Positions 27,084 to 40,550 of a DNA stretch of 63,855 bases are shown here, piece by piece. The notes under the pieces are model-generated. The model saw only the letters and a list, made by a program, of their open reading frames with translations. It did no database searches and had not been told where the DNA came from. Both the position numbers and the translations under genes were made by a program. Every line of letters starts with the position of its first letter. Position 1 is the stretch's first letter. The stretch is from Octopus bimaculoides (lineage: Eukaryota): assembly GCF_001194135.2 (NCBI RefSeq), contig NC_069004.1, forward strand, positions 7,958,408-8,022,262, read 5' to 3'.

Positions 27084-27245
27084 ACGACGGGCTTCTCTCA
27101 GTTTCTGTCTACCAAATCCACTCACAAGGCTTTGATCTGCCCGAGGCTATAGTAGAAGACACTTGCCCAAGGAGGCACGCAGTGGGACTGAACCTGGAAC
27201 CATTTGGTAGGGAAGCAAGCTTCTTACCACATAGCCACGCCTTCG
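26820..27245 (-). mobile_element. Near full-length SINE family B with an internal (CA)n(TA)n tract
   Basis: tRNA-like head (reverse complement of 'gcagtgggactgaacctggaaccatttggtagggaagcaagcttcttaccacatagccacgcc'), body and tail are all present. It is homologous to at least 8 other copies in the window. Confidence 0.92.
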
Positions 27246-27419
27246 TAATATTATTTTGTTTTGTTTTGTTTTTTCTAGTAATAGTCATCTGATTATGGAC
27301 CTACTAGGGAATCCACTGCAGTACTCTTGCTTACTACTTTATTTCATAGATCTTGGAAGAAGAAGGTCAAAGTTGTATGAGTGCAAAATGAGATTGAGAA
27401 TGAATGACATGGAAAGCAA

Positions 27420-27490
27420 TTTGACAAACCTAGCTGGTTGATTGACTGACCGAAAGATTAATAAAATAATTGATTAGTTAGCTAGTTAAA
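27420..27490. repeat. Dispersed repeat, second copy at about 45220-45290
   Basis: 'ttgacaaacctagctggttgattgactgaccgaaagattaataaaataattgattagtta' versus 'ttgacaaatctagctggatgattgattgagcgaacgattaatgaagcaaatgattagtta'. Confidence 0.75.
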
Positions 27491-28049
27491 TGCTTACGAA
27501 TTGGTTAATATTAATAAAGAAGAGAACTAGAAACAGTACGCGTGTTTATTGTTGGCACAATGAGCTCCCTTCCCCGAGACACGACAAAATATGCTTCAGT
27601 GCACAAGTTTATATCAAGAATCCTGCAAACCAAACACACAAACGAAAAATTCCGGTTAACCAAACACATTAAAGATCTCGACTGAAAGCTGGCACTAGAA
27701 TGCACGCTGTCCAAATAACAAAAGAATCACGTGATACTGATTCTATTAAACTGGATGGATAATTGCTAATCAACGATATCCATAAAGTTAAGAATATAAA
27801 TTGAGTTTGATTGTTTCTTTAAGTTTCTGATAATCACTTGTGAAGAGAATATTAAAGAATTCATCTTAAGCTATTTCTATCTCAAACCGATTCTATATTA
27901 CCTAAATGCTACATCACATTGAGACTCTTAAGAGTAAATTCATTCCTAATTTAATTTAGGCAATTATTTCTTATCGTAAATTCAGAAACTGGGTAAAATA
28001 GATTGTCTTAGCTACTAGTTTATATAATGAGTAGTAATTATAGTGAAAA

Positions 28050-28110
28050 GCGCGTGGCATAAGTGGTTAGGGTGTTGCACACACGATTGCAAGAGTACGG
28101 TTTCTATTGC
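28050..28110 (+). mobile_element. tRNA-like SINE head (family C)
   Basis: 'gcgtggcataagtggttagggtgttgcacacacgattgcaagagtacggtttctatt' is related to the copy at 60094. Confidence 0.6.
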
Positions 28111-28287
28111 ATTGTTGAGCTTCATTCCTTGTCTTGTGCGATCACTTCGCTTCATTCCATGTTTCTGCGATCACATTCGATAAAAAGAAAATGATTATCT
28201 GTGCAGGTTTTTCAGCAACCGCAAAAGAGTTTGTTCGGAACTCGCGGAACCCTACTCTGTCGTCAACGACAAGAAGGCCAAAGTGCG

Positions 28288-28318
<31 letters not shown>

Positions 28319-28689
28319 ATGTGCTATAATTATCAAGCTGTATGCCTTAATGTGCCATTTATACATACGAAGAACAAGAAGAAATCTCGTGAAACAGAGT
28401 TTATTTTAACGAGATACCTCTTGAAATCACCTGAGGAAACACATCTACACCTACGGATGCACCTAAACCAGATTTTCAATACCCCACTCGCGAGAGAACG
28501 GTGCTAGATGTGTCGAAACAATTGTAGTGCTCAATAGAGATTCTCATATCTTCCGTTGAAGTTACGGTTGAAATCATTGTTATTATTGACCACCAATGGG
28601 GGAAGATGGCACCTTTGGGCGTCTACCACTGTTTTCTTCCTGATCTATTTCTCTGCCCTCCCTTACGTTATCATCCATCCAACTACCCT

Positions 28690-29100
28690 GCCAATCATTC
28701 CTAGAATGCTCGCCAAGGTAGATTCTTCAGGCACCTCTTATTTAGAGTCCTATCAGAAGCAACCGTCATTACATTTTTTCAGGTGGATTCCCAAGCGTGG
28801 CCAACTAAGACTACGGATATTTTTCTACCATCCTGATTTTGGTTTGCTCCCAAGGTCTCCTGCCTGTTGCTTACGTTTGAAGAATTCGTCTTGTGATTCT
28901 TTCCTGTGACGCTCTCATCACATATCTTTAGTATTGTAGCTTCAATACGGAGAAGTTTCGGCTCGACCTGGAGAGACTCCCTGATCTCCGAACCGCGCAC
29001 GCTGTCGAGCATACATTGCTCCAGAAACTCTTCGGAGGAACCCAATCGTACTCTTTCCGTCATCACCCAACGTTACTGACCATAAGTAAAGATCGGCATG
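28690..29100 (-). mobile_element. RTE-clade LINE 3' fragment
   Basis: IFTYGQ*RWVMTERVR...LDSVRGSEIRESLQVEPKLLRIE...RRILQT*ATGRRP... is a decayed LLYGSETW / D..RN.EIR / G.RP.GRP RTE C-terminus. Confidence 0.72.
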
Positions 29101-29395
29101 GAAATCGAATTCAAGATAATGAGTTTGAATTCCCCACCATCCCCACCCCCGTTTTTCTCCTCTTCTGACGATCGAAAGCTTTACTGCATTTATTTATTTA
29201 TTTATTTATTTAACTATGTATTTATTCAATCATTTATACATTTGTTTATTTATTTGTTTGTTTATTGAATTATATATTTATTGGCAGAGGAGAGAGTTCG
29301 CCGTCATACTTGACGGACAAACTGTCTTGTGAATGTGTGTGCGTAAAGAGAGACAAAGTGAGTGTCGGCGAATGGTGTGTGAGAGAGAGAAAGAA

Positions 29396-29436
<41 letters not shown>

Positions 29437-29954
29437 CAGACAGACAGACAGAAATATACGAAAAGAGACAGAGTAAAGTACATATGATACTTCTACGTCT
29501 GCTGTGCTGAAATAGATAAATATTCTAAGATTGAGAAGTGCTTGTGTTTTGACACACGCTTAACATCTTAAAGAAGTGTTATTGATTTAGAAAATATAAA
29601 TTGGAATATTAAGTTCTCACTGCTTTATTTATTTATTTATTTATTTATTAACGTATTTATTTATTTATTTATTTATTTATTTCTATCAAATAAATGTTGT
29701 GTGAACTAACATAAATCGTAGATAGAAATGAGCACAGCCGCTTGTCATTCACAAAGATCAATAAAATAATATATAAAAAAAGGTAAATGAATGAACGAAA
29801 ATAAGCTTTTCTATAATTAATTATATTTATCTATATATATATATGTAGCATTGATTTTTAATCAGATGAAAATAAATATACGTTATTTATAATGTATATT
29901 TACTTGATCATAGTTCATATATATTTCATCATGCATTCTTTTATTCTTTTATTC

Positions 29955-30320
29955 TTTTATTTGTTTCAGTCGTTTNNNNNNNNNNNNNNNNNNNNNNNNN
30001 NNNNNNNNNNNNNNNNNNNNNNNNNNNNNNNNNNNNNNNNNNNNNNNNNNNNNNNNNNNNNNNNNNNNNNNNNNNNNNNNNNNNNNNNNNNNNNNNNNNN
30101 NNNNNNNNNNNNNNNNNNNNNNNNNNNNNNNNNNNNNNNNNNNNNNNNNNNNNNNNNNNNNNNNNNNNNNNNNNNNNNNNNNNNNNNNNNNNNNNNNNNN
30201 NNNNNNNNNNNNNNNNNNNNNNNNNNNNNNNNNNNNNNNNNNNNNNNNNNNNNNNNNNNNNNNNNNNNNNNNNNNNNTACTCACAAGGCTTTGATCGGCC
30301 TATAGTAGAAGACACTTGCC
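29955..30320 (-). mobile_element. SINE family B spanning an assembly gap
   Basis: Tail 'ttgtttcagtcgttt' lies before the gap and 'tactcacaaggctttgatcggcctatagtagaagacacttgcc' after it. Confidence 0.8.
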
Positions 30321-30418
30321 ACGCATATATAAAAAGTACAATTTAAAATATTGTATTTACATGTTTTCCCTGGATAACTCTATATTTCTTTTTCTCCCTC
30401 TTCTCTTTCTCTCTTCCT

Positions 30419-30461
<43 letters not shown>

Positions 30462-31155
30462 TCACTCTCTCTCTCTATCTATCTATCTCTATCTCTCGAT
30501 GGAATGAGGCTAATTGTCTCGACCTTTTGTCCTGCCATTTTGTTAACTCATCCATTAAGGCTTAGTGTTTCGTCTCTGTGTAATCTTATTGTTTACTGTC
30601 TTTGACCTGGTGCCAACCTGCATCACTCTCCTCAGCCAATGGATGACAGCCGTGTCGAGTTTTCGACCTTCCAATGTTTTTGTACGATAACATAAGCCCT
30701 CAAAATGTTTTTTTCCAGCCTAGAATCTACATGGTTTCAAAGCTTAGGAAATAAACGGAATACTAAATTATCAAATAGCTAAACTACTTAAAGTAATGTG
30801 TGTGTTTGTGTGGGGAGGGGGACAATTGTACATAGGTAAGTGTGTGTCTGTTTGCACGTGTGTTATGTGTTTCATACGTAGCCATACCGTGTGCGATATT
30901 TATGTGTTTATGCATGAATACACACTTATATGTATATATATATATATATATTTATGTGGAGAATGGAGCAACAAATACGAGAAGAAGCAGTTCTGTTGGG
31001 CTAGTTAGCCGTTGTTTTATTGTGTGGAGGTTATGTAATGAGTCTTTGTGGAGGTTGAGGTTATGTAGTGAGTCATTGTGAATGTTATGTAATAGTCATT
31101 TACGTACGTTTCAATCTAGCCAATGGTTTGGCAGATCTCATCAGAGTGTTGAGGA

Positions 31156-31199
<44 letters not shown>

Positions 31200-31205
<6 letters not shown>

Positions 31206-31390
31206 CAGAATGGGACAAGTACGCAAAACATCAAGACAGTTAGGTGATACAAGAAAGAGACAAAACATCCAGATAGACGATACAAAGAAAACACGGACAG
31301 GTCATTCGGAGTTTTCTCTCTTCACTCGAGATCCAGATTATCTTTGCAATTTCGTCTGGTTATTCTCGATATTGCTCCAATCTGGCCAAC
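31200..31390. mobile_element. Penelope-like terminal repeat fragment
   Basis: 'ggtcattcggagttttctctcttcactcgagatccagattatctttgcaatttcg...attgctccaatctggcc' resembles a repeat end I associate with Penelope-type elements; from memory only. Confidence 0.35.
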
Positions 31391-31394
31391 CCCA

Positions 31395-31580
31395 AGGAAA
31401 AACTAATCTCTGTAAGTGATCTTCAGTATTCTGAATAGACACCATTGGTGGAATGTATTCAGCCACTGAATGAGCTTGGTAGTCATTTTCCAAGTTTCCC
31501 CTACATAGACTGATGTTAGCAGGACAATGCTCTGGTACTGTAGGATCTTCATATGGTTGCTTATCAAAGAAATGTTTCAC
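31395..31580 (-). mobile_element. RTE-clade LINE fragment (RT thumb region)
   Basis: KILQYQSIVLLTSVY / ETWKMTTKLIQWLNTFHQWCLFRILKITYRD matches K...Y.S.VL..LLYG.ETW...L..FH..CLR.IL.I.W.D. Confidence 0.82.
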
Positions 31581-32740
31581 ATTTATAACATATCTACTTC
31601 TTATCAGAGTTAGCAGACGAGACTGGTCGGTTGGAAGAACTAGGAGATTGACGGATAAAGCAGTCGTAATAGTTTGGTAGAATTACTATACTCGTAGAGA
31701 AAATGGTGGGAATATATAAGGAGAGTTAGTAGAGCAGCTGACAAAATATAATATCTTGCAGTATATTTTTATACTTCTTTAAATCCTGATTTCGATCTCA
31801 AACGAAAAATCAGCTTTGCGTATCGTTGTTCCAGTATCGGTAAAATAATAAAACAAGCACCAATTGGGAAAGATATATTACAAAAAACTAAAATGAATCA
31901 CTCATCCATCATTGAACACTGAATGGCATAATTTCCCATATAACAGAAAATATATTCTACATTTTATCAAATCCGTTTCAGTTAATGGCCATCTATTTCG
32001 ATCGAACATTTAAGACTACAGCTACATATATTTGAAAAATAAATGTACTTTTTCCTTTATCTTTTCACTTTTTTCCTTTTGACTTAACTTTAAAATTATT
32101 AGAGAAATAAAAGTCCTCCGTTTAACTTCGGTTAACTCCGTTTAACTCTCAAACGATGTAATTATTCTAAACAGAAAAAATTGCTAGTATTACCCGAAAC
32201 GTCATCGCCTACTTTAACTAATATATGCTGTCAAACGATATATTATCTCCATAATAAGACATAAACCACATGTTAAATGAACCATTTGAGGGGAGAATTA
32301 TGCCTGGAGGGGGTGATTTATCTCTGCTAGCAACGTATTTTTCTACTAGAATATATAGGTTTCTTATGCTTATATAACCTGCATTTACCCAATAAAATAA
32401 CACGCGACTGAACGCATTCACACGAACACATGCGTGTATTCACACATGCTTAACACGTAGTCTCTTATGTACACATGAATTGACGCACGCCGAAAAACAC
32501 ACACGCACAAACATACACGCACACATACACACACAAGCCTTTTCACATTTAACATTAATGAATACATAAACATACAAAAAAATACAGAATGCTTCGAAAA
32601 CACAAAATGTTACTGGTGTAAATTAACAGCGAACAAACATTTATACATATCATCATCTCTAAACACCCACGCACGCATGTGTATATATCTATCAATGTGT
32701 GCATATATACATATATGTATCAGTATATGGGTGTGTATGC

Positions 32741-32790
<50 letters not shown>

Positions 32791-34262
32791 CGATTTTTTC
32801 CCTCACACCCTTTTCGGTCGAAGAGCGTTAGCTCGAACGTCGAAGACTTTTCCATTTCTCCGTACGTCAAACAACTGATATACCTGCTTGTTCTACCCCC
32901 ACCTGCGTTTCACTTTTGTTTCCTGTTCATTTGAACTATATATNNNNNNNNNNNNNNNNNNNNNNNNNNNNNNNNNNNNNNNNNNNNNNNNNNNNNNNNN
33001 NNNNNNNNNNNNNNNNNNNNNNNNNNNNNNNNNNNNNNNNNNNNNNNNNNNNNNNNNNNNNNNNNNNNNNNNNNNNNNNNNNNNNNNNNNNNNNNNNNNN
33101 NNNNNNNNNNNNNNNNNNNNNNNNNNNNNNNNNNNNNNNNNNNNNNNNNNNNNNNNNNNNNNNNNNNNNNNNNNNNNNNNNNNNNNNNNNNNNNNNNNNN
33201 NNNNNNNNNNNNNNNNNNNNNNNNNNNNNNNNNNNNNNNNNNNNNNNNNNNNNNNNNNNNNNNNNNNNNNNNNNNNNNNNNNNNNNNNNNNNNNNNNNNN
33301 NNNNNNNNNNNNNNNNNNNNNNNNNNNNNNNNNNNNNNNNNNNNNNNNNNNNNNNNNNNNNNNNNNNNNNNNNNNNNNNNNNNNNNNNNNNNNNNNNNNN
33401 NNNNNNNNNNNNNNNNNNNNNNNNNNNNNNNNNNNNNNNNNNNNNNNNNNNNNNNNNNNNNNNNNNNNNNNNNNNNNNNNNNNNNNNNNNNNNNNNNNNN
33501 NNNNNNNNNNNNNNNNNNNNNNNNNNNNNNNNNNNNNNNNNNNNNNNNNNNNNNNNNNNNNNNNNNNNNNNNNNNNNNNNNNNNNNNNNNNNNNNNNNNN
33601 NNNNNNNNNNNNNNNNNNNNNNNNNNNNNNNNNNNNNNNNNNNNNNNNNNNNNAGATAGATAGATAGATAGACAGGCAGACAGAAAAACGGACAAACAGA
33701 CGGAGAAAGGGACAGATACATACATACACACACGCATACTTGCATAAATACGTACATAGAGAAAGAGAGAGAGATAACAAGCATACAGTGCTAATAGGAA
33801 TCAGATGGTGATACTTCACATACTATCATAGATGTCAAATTTAATTTGGAATAATTTTATTGCGATGAATATAAAATTATATCCTGTTGGCTCACCTGCT
33901 TTCGTTATCAACATGACAATAACTACCAGCTCAAGTTTACTCCGCAATAGAAATGTACCACTATTGATACCTAAATCTACACAAACATCAGTTTGCATAG
34001 AAATACGTTTACTTGTCTTCCTTTATGGCTGTATCAAAAAGTTTTGTATTGTTATAGCTTCTTCAGTTTTAGTTCTACATTATGCTGTATGCCAAATATA
34101 AAATTCTCACGTTGACAGTTTGCTTGCTATTAGGTCAACTATAAGAACAAATAGCATTTGTTGTCGAAGGCGTATAAGTCTGAAATATAATTTATAACTC
34201 ACTTAAATTTATTGTTGTATTAAGTTATAAACACCTATGGATACTTATTTTACAGTGATGTG

Positions 34263-34318
<56 letters not shown>

Positions 34319-34611
34319 CTTGCGTGCATATATGTGTATATATATATGTATATGTGTACGTATGTGTGTGTGTGTGTGCATCTATCTATCTATCTANNNN
34401 NNNNNNNNNNNNNNNNNNNNNNNNNNNNNNNNNNNNNNNNNNNNNNNNNNNNNNNNNNNNNNNNNNNNNNNNNNNNNNNNNNNNNNNNNNNNNNNNNNNN
34501 NNNNNNNNNNNNNNNNNNNNNNNNNNNNNNNNNNNNNNNNNNNNNNNNNNNNNNNNNNNNNNNNNNNNNNNNNNNNNNNNNNNNNNNNNNNNNNNNNNNN
34601 NNNNNNNNNNN

Positions 34612-34664
<53 letters not shown>

Positions 34665-34744
34665 TATGTACATATGAAATGTAACGTGTATGGGCTGGCA
34701 CAACAGTGCAGAGTGGACAATAATAACTGTTATAAATAATTTAA

Positions 34745-35340
34745 TTACTCATAGTCTAATATAATGTTTCGGAATATAAAAATTCCCTCTTCAGATATTG
34801 CTAGGAAGTAATGGAGTCACTGTTATAGTCGGTTTTCGAACGGTGACTGAAACCTGTCGGAAGCGTCCTTGTAGTGGTCTCGCAAATCTCCTTCCGAAAT
34901 TCCGCATGAGAAGTGCGTGAGGGCGGTCTTGTCTCGGGCTCGTGTGTGTTGGCATATCTGCAGCGCTGCTTCCAAGTTATGTATTATACGTGCATTATTA
35001 TTTCTTTTATATATTATTTTGTTGCATAGGCATGTTACTATCGAGCGTGCAGAGCGTTGATGTTGTTAAATCATACAGTGATTGCTAATTTCCAACCTAT
35101 TGTTAATTTGGGGTCCTAGTCTGTCTATGAGGATAGCCTCCTTAATTCTTAAATTTCCTAAGTTTCTGTCATTGGCCTTAATTGTGACTGTTAAGTTTTT
35201 GTCGGTGTTCCGGCATATGTTTAGATGTTTTCTGAAGGAGGAGGCTCGCGTGTTCAGATGTTCTTTGATGCGAATGTGTAATGGTCTTGTTCAGAGAGAA
35301 CAGAGAGAAAACCAAAACCAAGTCCAAAGTTTCTATCTTA
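34745..35340 (-). mobile_element. Penelope-like element 3' part: GIY-YIG endonuclease remnant and terminal repeat
   Basis: SHQRTSEHASLLLQKTSKHMPEH...KLRKFKNKEAILIDRLGPQINNRLE (R..EH...KH...EAILI...P.IN), followed by a 'ctgaagagggaattttatattccgaaac' terminal motif. Confidence 0.72.
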
Positions 35341-35899
35341 TCTGATAACGAGGAGCGAAGGAAAGAGAGAGAGAGTAGTGAAGGAGAGAGAGAGAGGAGC
35401 AAAAGAGAGAGTGACAGACAGACAGACGCACACAGACTTTTGATGATTCCAGTAGAATATGAAGTTTGTCATTTCCTTCCTCTGTTTTTAATGAGATGTT
35501 GCTGGTCCTTCACAGGTTCATTCACCTCCCCTGGAAGATTGTCGCTTGAGGAAACAATCTCTGACAATTCCGTGTGTGGCCACATTATATTTCATTACCG
35601 AATAAACCAAGCAAACCAATTATAGTTTATTGCCAACTTATAAACAGAATCCAGCAGATTATTAACATTCATAAATTAACGGGACGAATTACGTCTGAAT
35701 ATTTCATTTAGGTTTCTCTTTGTATCAGAGGTTTAACACACCGCAGTATAGCGGATAGTAGGATAGCTGGCTGCAAATGATCCGTGTATCTTGTTTGTTC
35801 TGTTTGCCGTTTGTTATGCTATCGTCTATTTTTCCGCATCTTGTGTTTTCTTGATTTCCGCTTGTTGCGTTCTTTCTGCTCTAGCTTATATATATATAT

Positions 35900-36006
35900 A
35901 TATAAAGAATAATAAATGGAGCAAAACGCATATAATCAATAAGTTCCTTTAGGAATTATATATAGGATTATATGCGTTTTGCTCCATTTATTATTATTCT
36001 TTATAT
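35900..36006. repeat. Short inverted repeat (arms about 38 bp, spacer about 28 bp)
   Basis: 'atataaagaataataaatggagcaaaacgcatataatc' and 'gattatatgcgttttgctccatttattattattctttatat' are reverse complements except for one extra TAT. Confidence 0.92.
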
Positions 36007-36142
36007 CTACTCAAAATACATCACTTTAACATGGAATTTCTACCCATTAACCGAGTATGATATCCCAGTTTTTGTGTGATTTTTGCTACCCTGGTAACTA
36101 TTAACATATTTGCATTATCGAAGTTTTTCAACCAAGATAATA

Positions 36143-36195
<53 letters not shown>

Positions 36196-36954
36196 TACGT
36201 GCTTCTTTATAGTTTCTGCTAACCAGAAATCAGTCAAAAGGCGTTTGTTGACCTGGGTCTATAGCAGAAGACCCTTGCCCAAGGTGCCAACAATTCGTTA
36301 TAATTAGTCACACATACGAGCATACTGCAATGGATTGCACCCTCAGTCAGAACTGACCCGGGGTTAAATAATGAAACCACCACCAACACCACCGAAAATA
36401 ACAAACTGTGGAATGGTATTTAAGGAACTCACTTTACTAATGCACAGTTTCAAGTTAATAGAAAGCGACAGATTTCCAGCTAACAAAGTTAGATTTAAAG
36501 TGAAGAATAATTTTCATTGACTTCTCGTTAAATACGTAAGTAGAATTTGGAATGGTGTTTTACTGTTGCAATGCTGCTTAAAATTGTGAAACATCACAAG
36601 AGTAATTAATTTTTCAGAATCTGGTGAAGATAAATTTTACCTTGATGTTTCAAGCTGAACTATAATTTGCAAACTTCAATTACAAGAGATAAATTTCACT
36701 CCAACATGTGCGAAACTTTGTGTGTGTGTGTGAGAGAGAGAGAGAGTCTGATACGTATACATACATGAATATGCAAATCACATACACGCACGTCAACACA
36801 CAGAACACTTGATATTACATACATGTTATATAATGTATCTATGGCTTAATGTTTTCAACCCAACACAACAGCACCAAGTGAATGGTGCGTATATGTAAAT
36901 ATCTGTGTGTGTACGTATGTGTGTGCATCTGTGTGTGTGTGTGTATGTGTGTGT

Positions 36955-37115
36955 AGGCGCAGGTATAGCTGTGTGGTAAGAAGCTTGATTCCCAACCATA
37001 TGGTTCCGGGTTCAGTCCCACTGCGTGGCACCTTAAGCAGGTGTCTTTCTACTGTAGCCTCGTGCCGACCAAAACATTGTGAGTGGATGTGGTAGACGGA
37101 AGCTGAAAGTAGCAC
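36955..37115 (+). mobile_element. SINE family B head and body, + orientation
   Basis: 'aggcgcaggtatagctgtgtggtaagaagcttgattcccaaccatatggttccgggttcagtcccactgcgtggcacc' has tRNA A/B-box-like layout. Confidence 0.9.
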
Positions 37116-37117
37116 GT

Positions 37118-37182
<65 letters not shown>

Positions 37183-38325
37183 ATGTGTGTAACTGCTCGA
37201 AATGGTCGTGACTTCTGGAACTTAACTGATGAAATAAAGCCACGAATGACCCGCCTTTTTTTTTTTTGTCTGTCCTTCTAATTGTTGTTTCTCTTGTCCG
37301 CCTTTGCATCGTCTATCCGTCCGAACGTTTTAATGCCCTGTATTAGAAGCCAGCCGCAGCATAGGATAGGAATGGTAATGAAAGTGTAGTAACGTATGGA
37401 GAAATATAGATGTATATCACCTTTGTGAATATCAAGAGTAATAGGCAAAATCAAGCGTTCATATTCTGCGGGAGCAACGAAAGAAAGACTAGGGCAGTAG
37501 ACAGACGTGAAGCTGGAGATTGTAGTGCACGAATACTTTGACACACTTAACGTCCACTAGAGTCTCTCACAAAGCATTAGTCGGTCTGGGACTATATAAT
37601 AGTAGATACTCGTCCAAGATGCTACACAATGTAACTGAACCCGAAACCGCGTCGTTCTATAGCAAATTTCTTTAACCACAGATCCATGGTAACGACAGTG
37701 ATGGAATTTAGGCTTCTGTAGTTGTTTATTCCGTGTTTCGAAAGACGAAAGCTGCCAGAGAACATCTTCCTTTTATTACACCGTCCCTTCACTAATGATA
37801 AATTCCAGATGGCCTGTTTTGCTGTCAGAGTCACCATTCAGCATAGCTTCCATTGAAAATATATTTGCAAACAAATGCCAATTTGATAGACTGTAAGTAA
37901 TTGTGAAACTCAATATTAGTGCGTGTAGGAGAAGGCAGGAGGGAATTACATTTTATCAAATTTGTGCTGTTCGACTAATATTTAGCAGAGCACAACCCAT
38001 TTCCCCCTATGTTTCTTTGGGAAGATACATAACCGATATTGCCTATATGGGTTTCTTTGAAAATTACAGTAGAGGCCATTTGACCTTATTTTCTTTGTGA
38101 GGGTCAATAATTTACACGATGTTTGTGAGAATCAATGTACAAGACTGGACGAAAACAGATAAAATGGTAATATTAAATATTCTTCGAAAGAGGAAGGGTC
38201 AACAAATTCAAATAAGGAAACACAGCGTTAACGTCTATCGTCGTCTTATTAGTATCAAACAACAGACTTCCTAGGGATTTTTCCAGATGAGTAAATACCC
38301 GAATATTTTTGTATTACTGGTGATG

Positions 38326-38385
<60 letters not shown>

Positions 38386-38413
38386 TGATGATGATGATGA
38401 TGATGGTGGTGGT

Positions 38414-38830
38414 GAAAAGGTGATAGATTCCTTAATACAGGCTGTAGGACTCTAGAGCAAAGATATAGGCACAGATCAGTGTACAGGTGTACCGTATTAA
38501 TCGGGAAAAGGGGACAGGTAGTCAGCAGTGAAGGCATCCAATTACCACATCACCAGACATTAAAATCATTGAAAGAAGGAGACAGAGTTATAAGTGTCAA
38601 GGAGTATTAGAATCTGATAGAGTACTGTGTATAGAAATGAAGATGAAAAATGAGAAGGCGTACGTCAGAAGGGTGACGGAGGTGATGAAGTCAAAACTAA
38701 CTGGTCCGAATCTAGTGACAGCTCTAAATACTTGGGCAGTATCATTACTTAGATACTCAGTAGATTAGTTACTTACATACTCAGGACAAAAACTGAAATA
38801 GCAAAGCTAGACAGAAGAACTAGGAAGAAA
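38414..38830 (+). mobile_element. R4/Dong-like non-LTR retrotransposon, RT C-terminal fragment
   Basis: DSLIQAV..SKDIG / CTVLIGKRGQVVSSEGIQLP / SYKCQGVLESDRVLCIEMKMKNEKAYVRRVTEVMKSKLTGPNLVTALNTWAVSLLRYS / TKTEIAKLDRRTRK. It starts directly after an (AAT)n(GAT)n(GGT)n array. Confidence 0.82.
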
Positions 38831-39010
38831 TATAAGAAAGCAGAGTAGTAAAATCCGTGGACTATTTTTTATTGCTGTACAATATAAAATTCTTTAGAGA
38901 GAAGTTCTGTGGAATATTATACAGGTACAACACCTGCGACATTAATAGCTAAGTTCGTGTAAGCGCGCCTCATCTTTCAGACATTTCAAATGTATAAAAT
39001 ATTAGTATAA

Positions 39011-39048
<38 letters not shown>

Positions 39049-39494
39049 NNNNNNNNNNNNNNNNNNNNNNNNNNNNNNNNNNNNNNNNNNNNNNNNNNNN
39101 NNNNNNNNNNNNNNNNNNNNNNNNNNNNNNNNNNNNNNNNNNNNNNNNNNNNNNNNNNNNNNNNNNNNNNNNNNNNNNNNNNNNNNNNNNNNNNNNNNNN
39201 NNNNNNNNNNNNNNNNNNNNNNNNNNNNNNNNNNNNNNNNNNNNNNNNNNNNNNNNNNNNNNNNNNNNNNNNNNNNNNNNNNNNNNNNNNNNNNNNNNNN
39301 NNNNNNNNNNNNNNNNNNNNNNNNNNNNNNNNNNNNNNNNNNNNNNNNNNNNNNNNNNNNNNNNNNNNNNNNNNNNNNNNNNNNNNNNNNNNNNNNNNNN
39401 NNNNNAGTGTGCGTGTTTATAAATTCATGTGTCCGCATGACTTATCTCCTCATCTACATATATATATATAAATTGTAAATGCAAAAAATGCAAA

Positions 39495-39569
<75 letters not shown>

Positions 39570-40491
39570 TATGTATATATATATATATTTACACACACAC
39601 ACATATATATATATATATGCATATATCTATATATACATACACATACATGCATGAATACAGACACACATACGCATATATGTTTATATGCATATAAATATGC
39701 CTATATATACACATAAATGCATACACGCTCACACACACTCGAACACACACATTTCTGTGTGCGCATCTGCAAGTATGTATATGTGTGTGTATGTTTACAA
39801 ATTACTGTATTGCATGCACTCACAGTGAATTTGTACAATATCTATAAGTCAGACATATTTTCTTTTATTCTTTTTAACATTCAAATGTTATTTAGAACCT
39901 TCTAGTCTCGATATCTGTATTGTTTTTTCATACATCTCTATCGTTTCCTCTTCTCTTTCTACTTTTTTAAACATTACAACTGTAATGCTATACTTGAAAT
40001 ATTATATTCACATTTATCTTAGCTGACGTTGGTCTGTATTTTATTTCGTCTAATGAAATTTTAATTAAAGCGAACGAAAAACATGGACGATACTTCTTCA
40101 GAAATATTTGTACAATTATAGGTTTCATGTTTGTTTAAAGGATGCTGAATGAAACTGTGTCCTTTCTTTTTAAAAACAAAAAACAATAGGTTGTGATTTG
40201 ATGGTCAACCAAATGTTGTTTCTGGCAATCGTATTAGAATACCTAAAAAATATTAGACGTCAGGCTGTTACTTGTATTACAAAATTGAGTTCAACGCCAA
40301 ACTGTGTAATATTTATACATTGACCAAACGATTCGAATAACATTTGGTCAAGTACGTCAAGCGTTACAGATGAAGTCAATATAGGGACTGATGTAAAATT
40401 TAGCAGAATGCCTCAATAATCCACCAAGTACATTTTAATCTATGTTTCAGTGTTATGGTCATCACATCACTAAGCTAGCTAGCTAGCTAGC

Positions 40492-40550
<59 letters not shown>

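Noticed and set aside
31338-31580. 80-aa protein-like ORF (MKHFFDKQPYEDP...)
   Set aside because: It is an off-frame reading of a frameshifted RTE LINE fragment.
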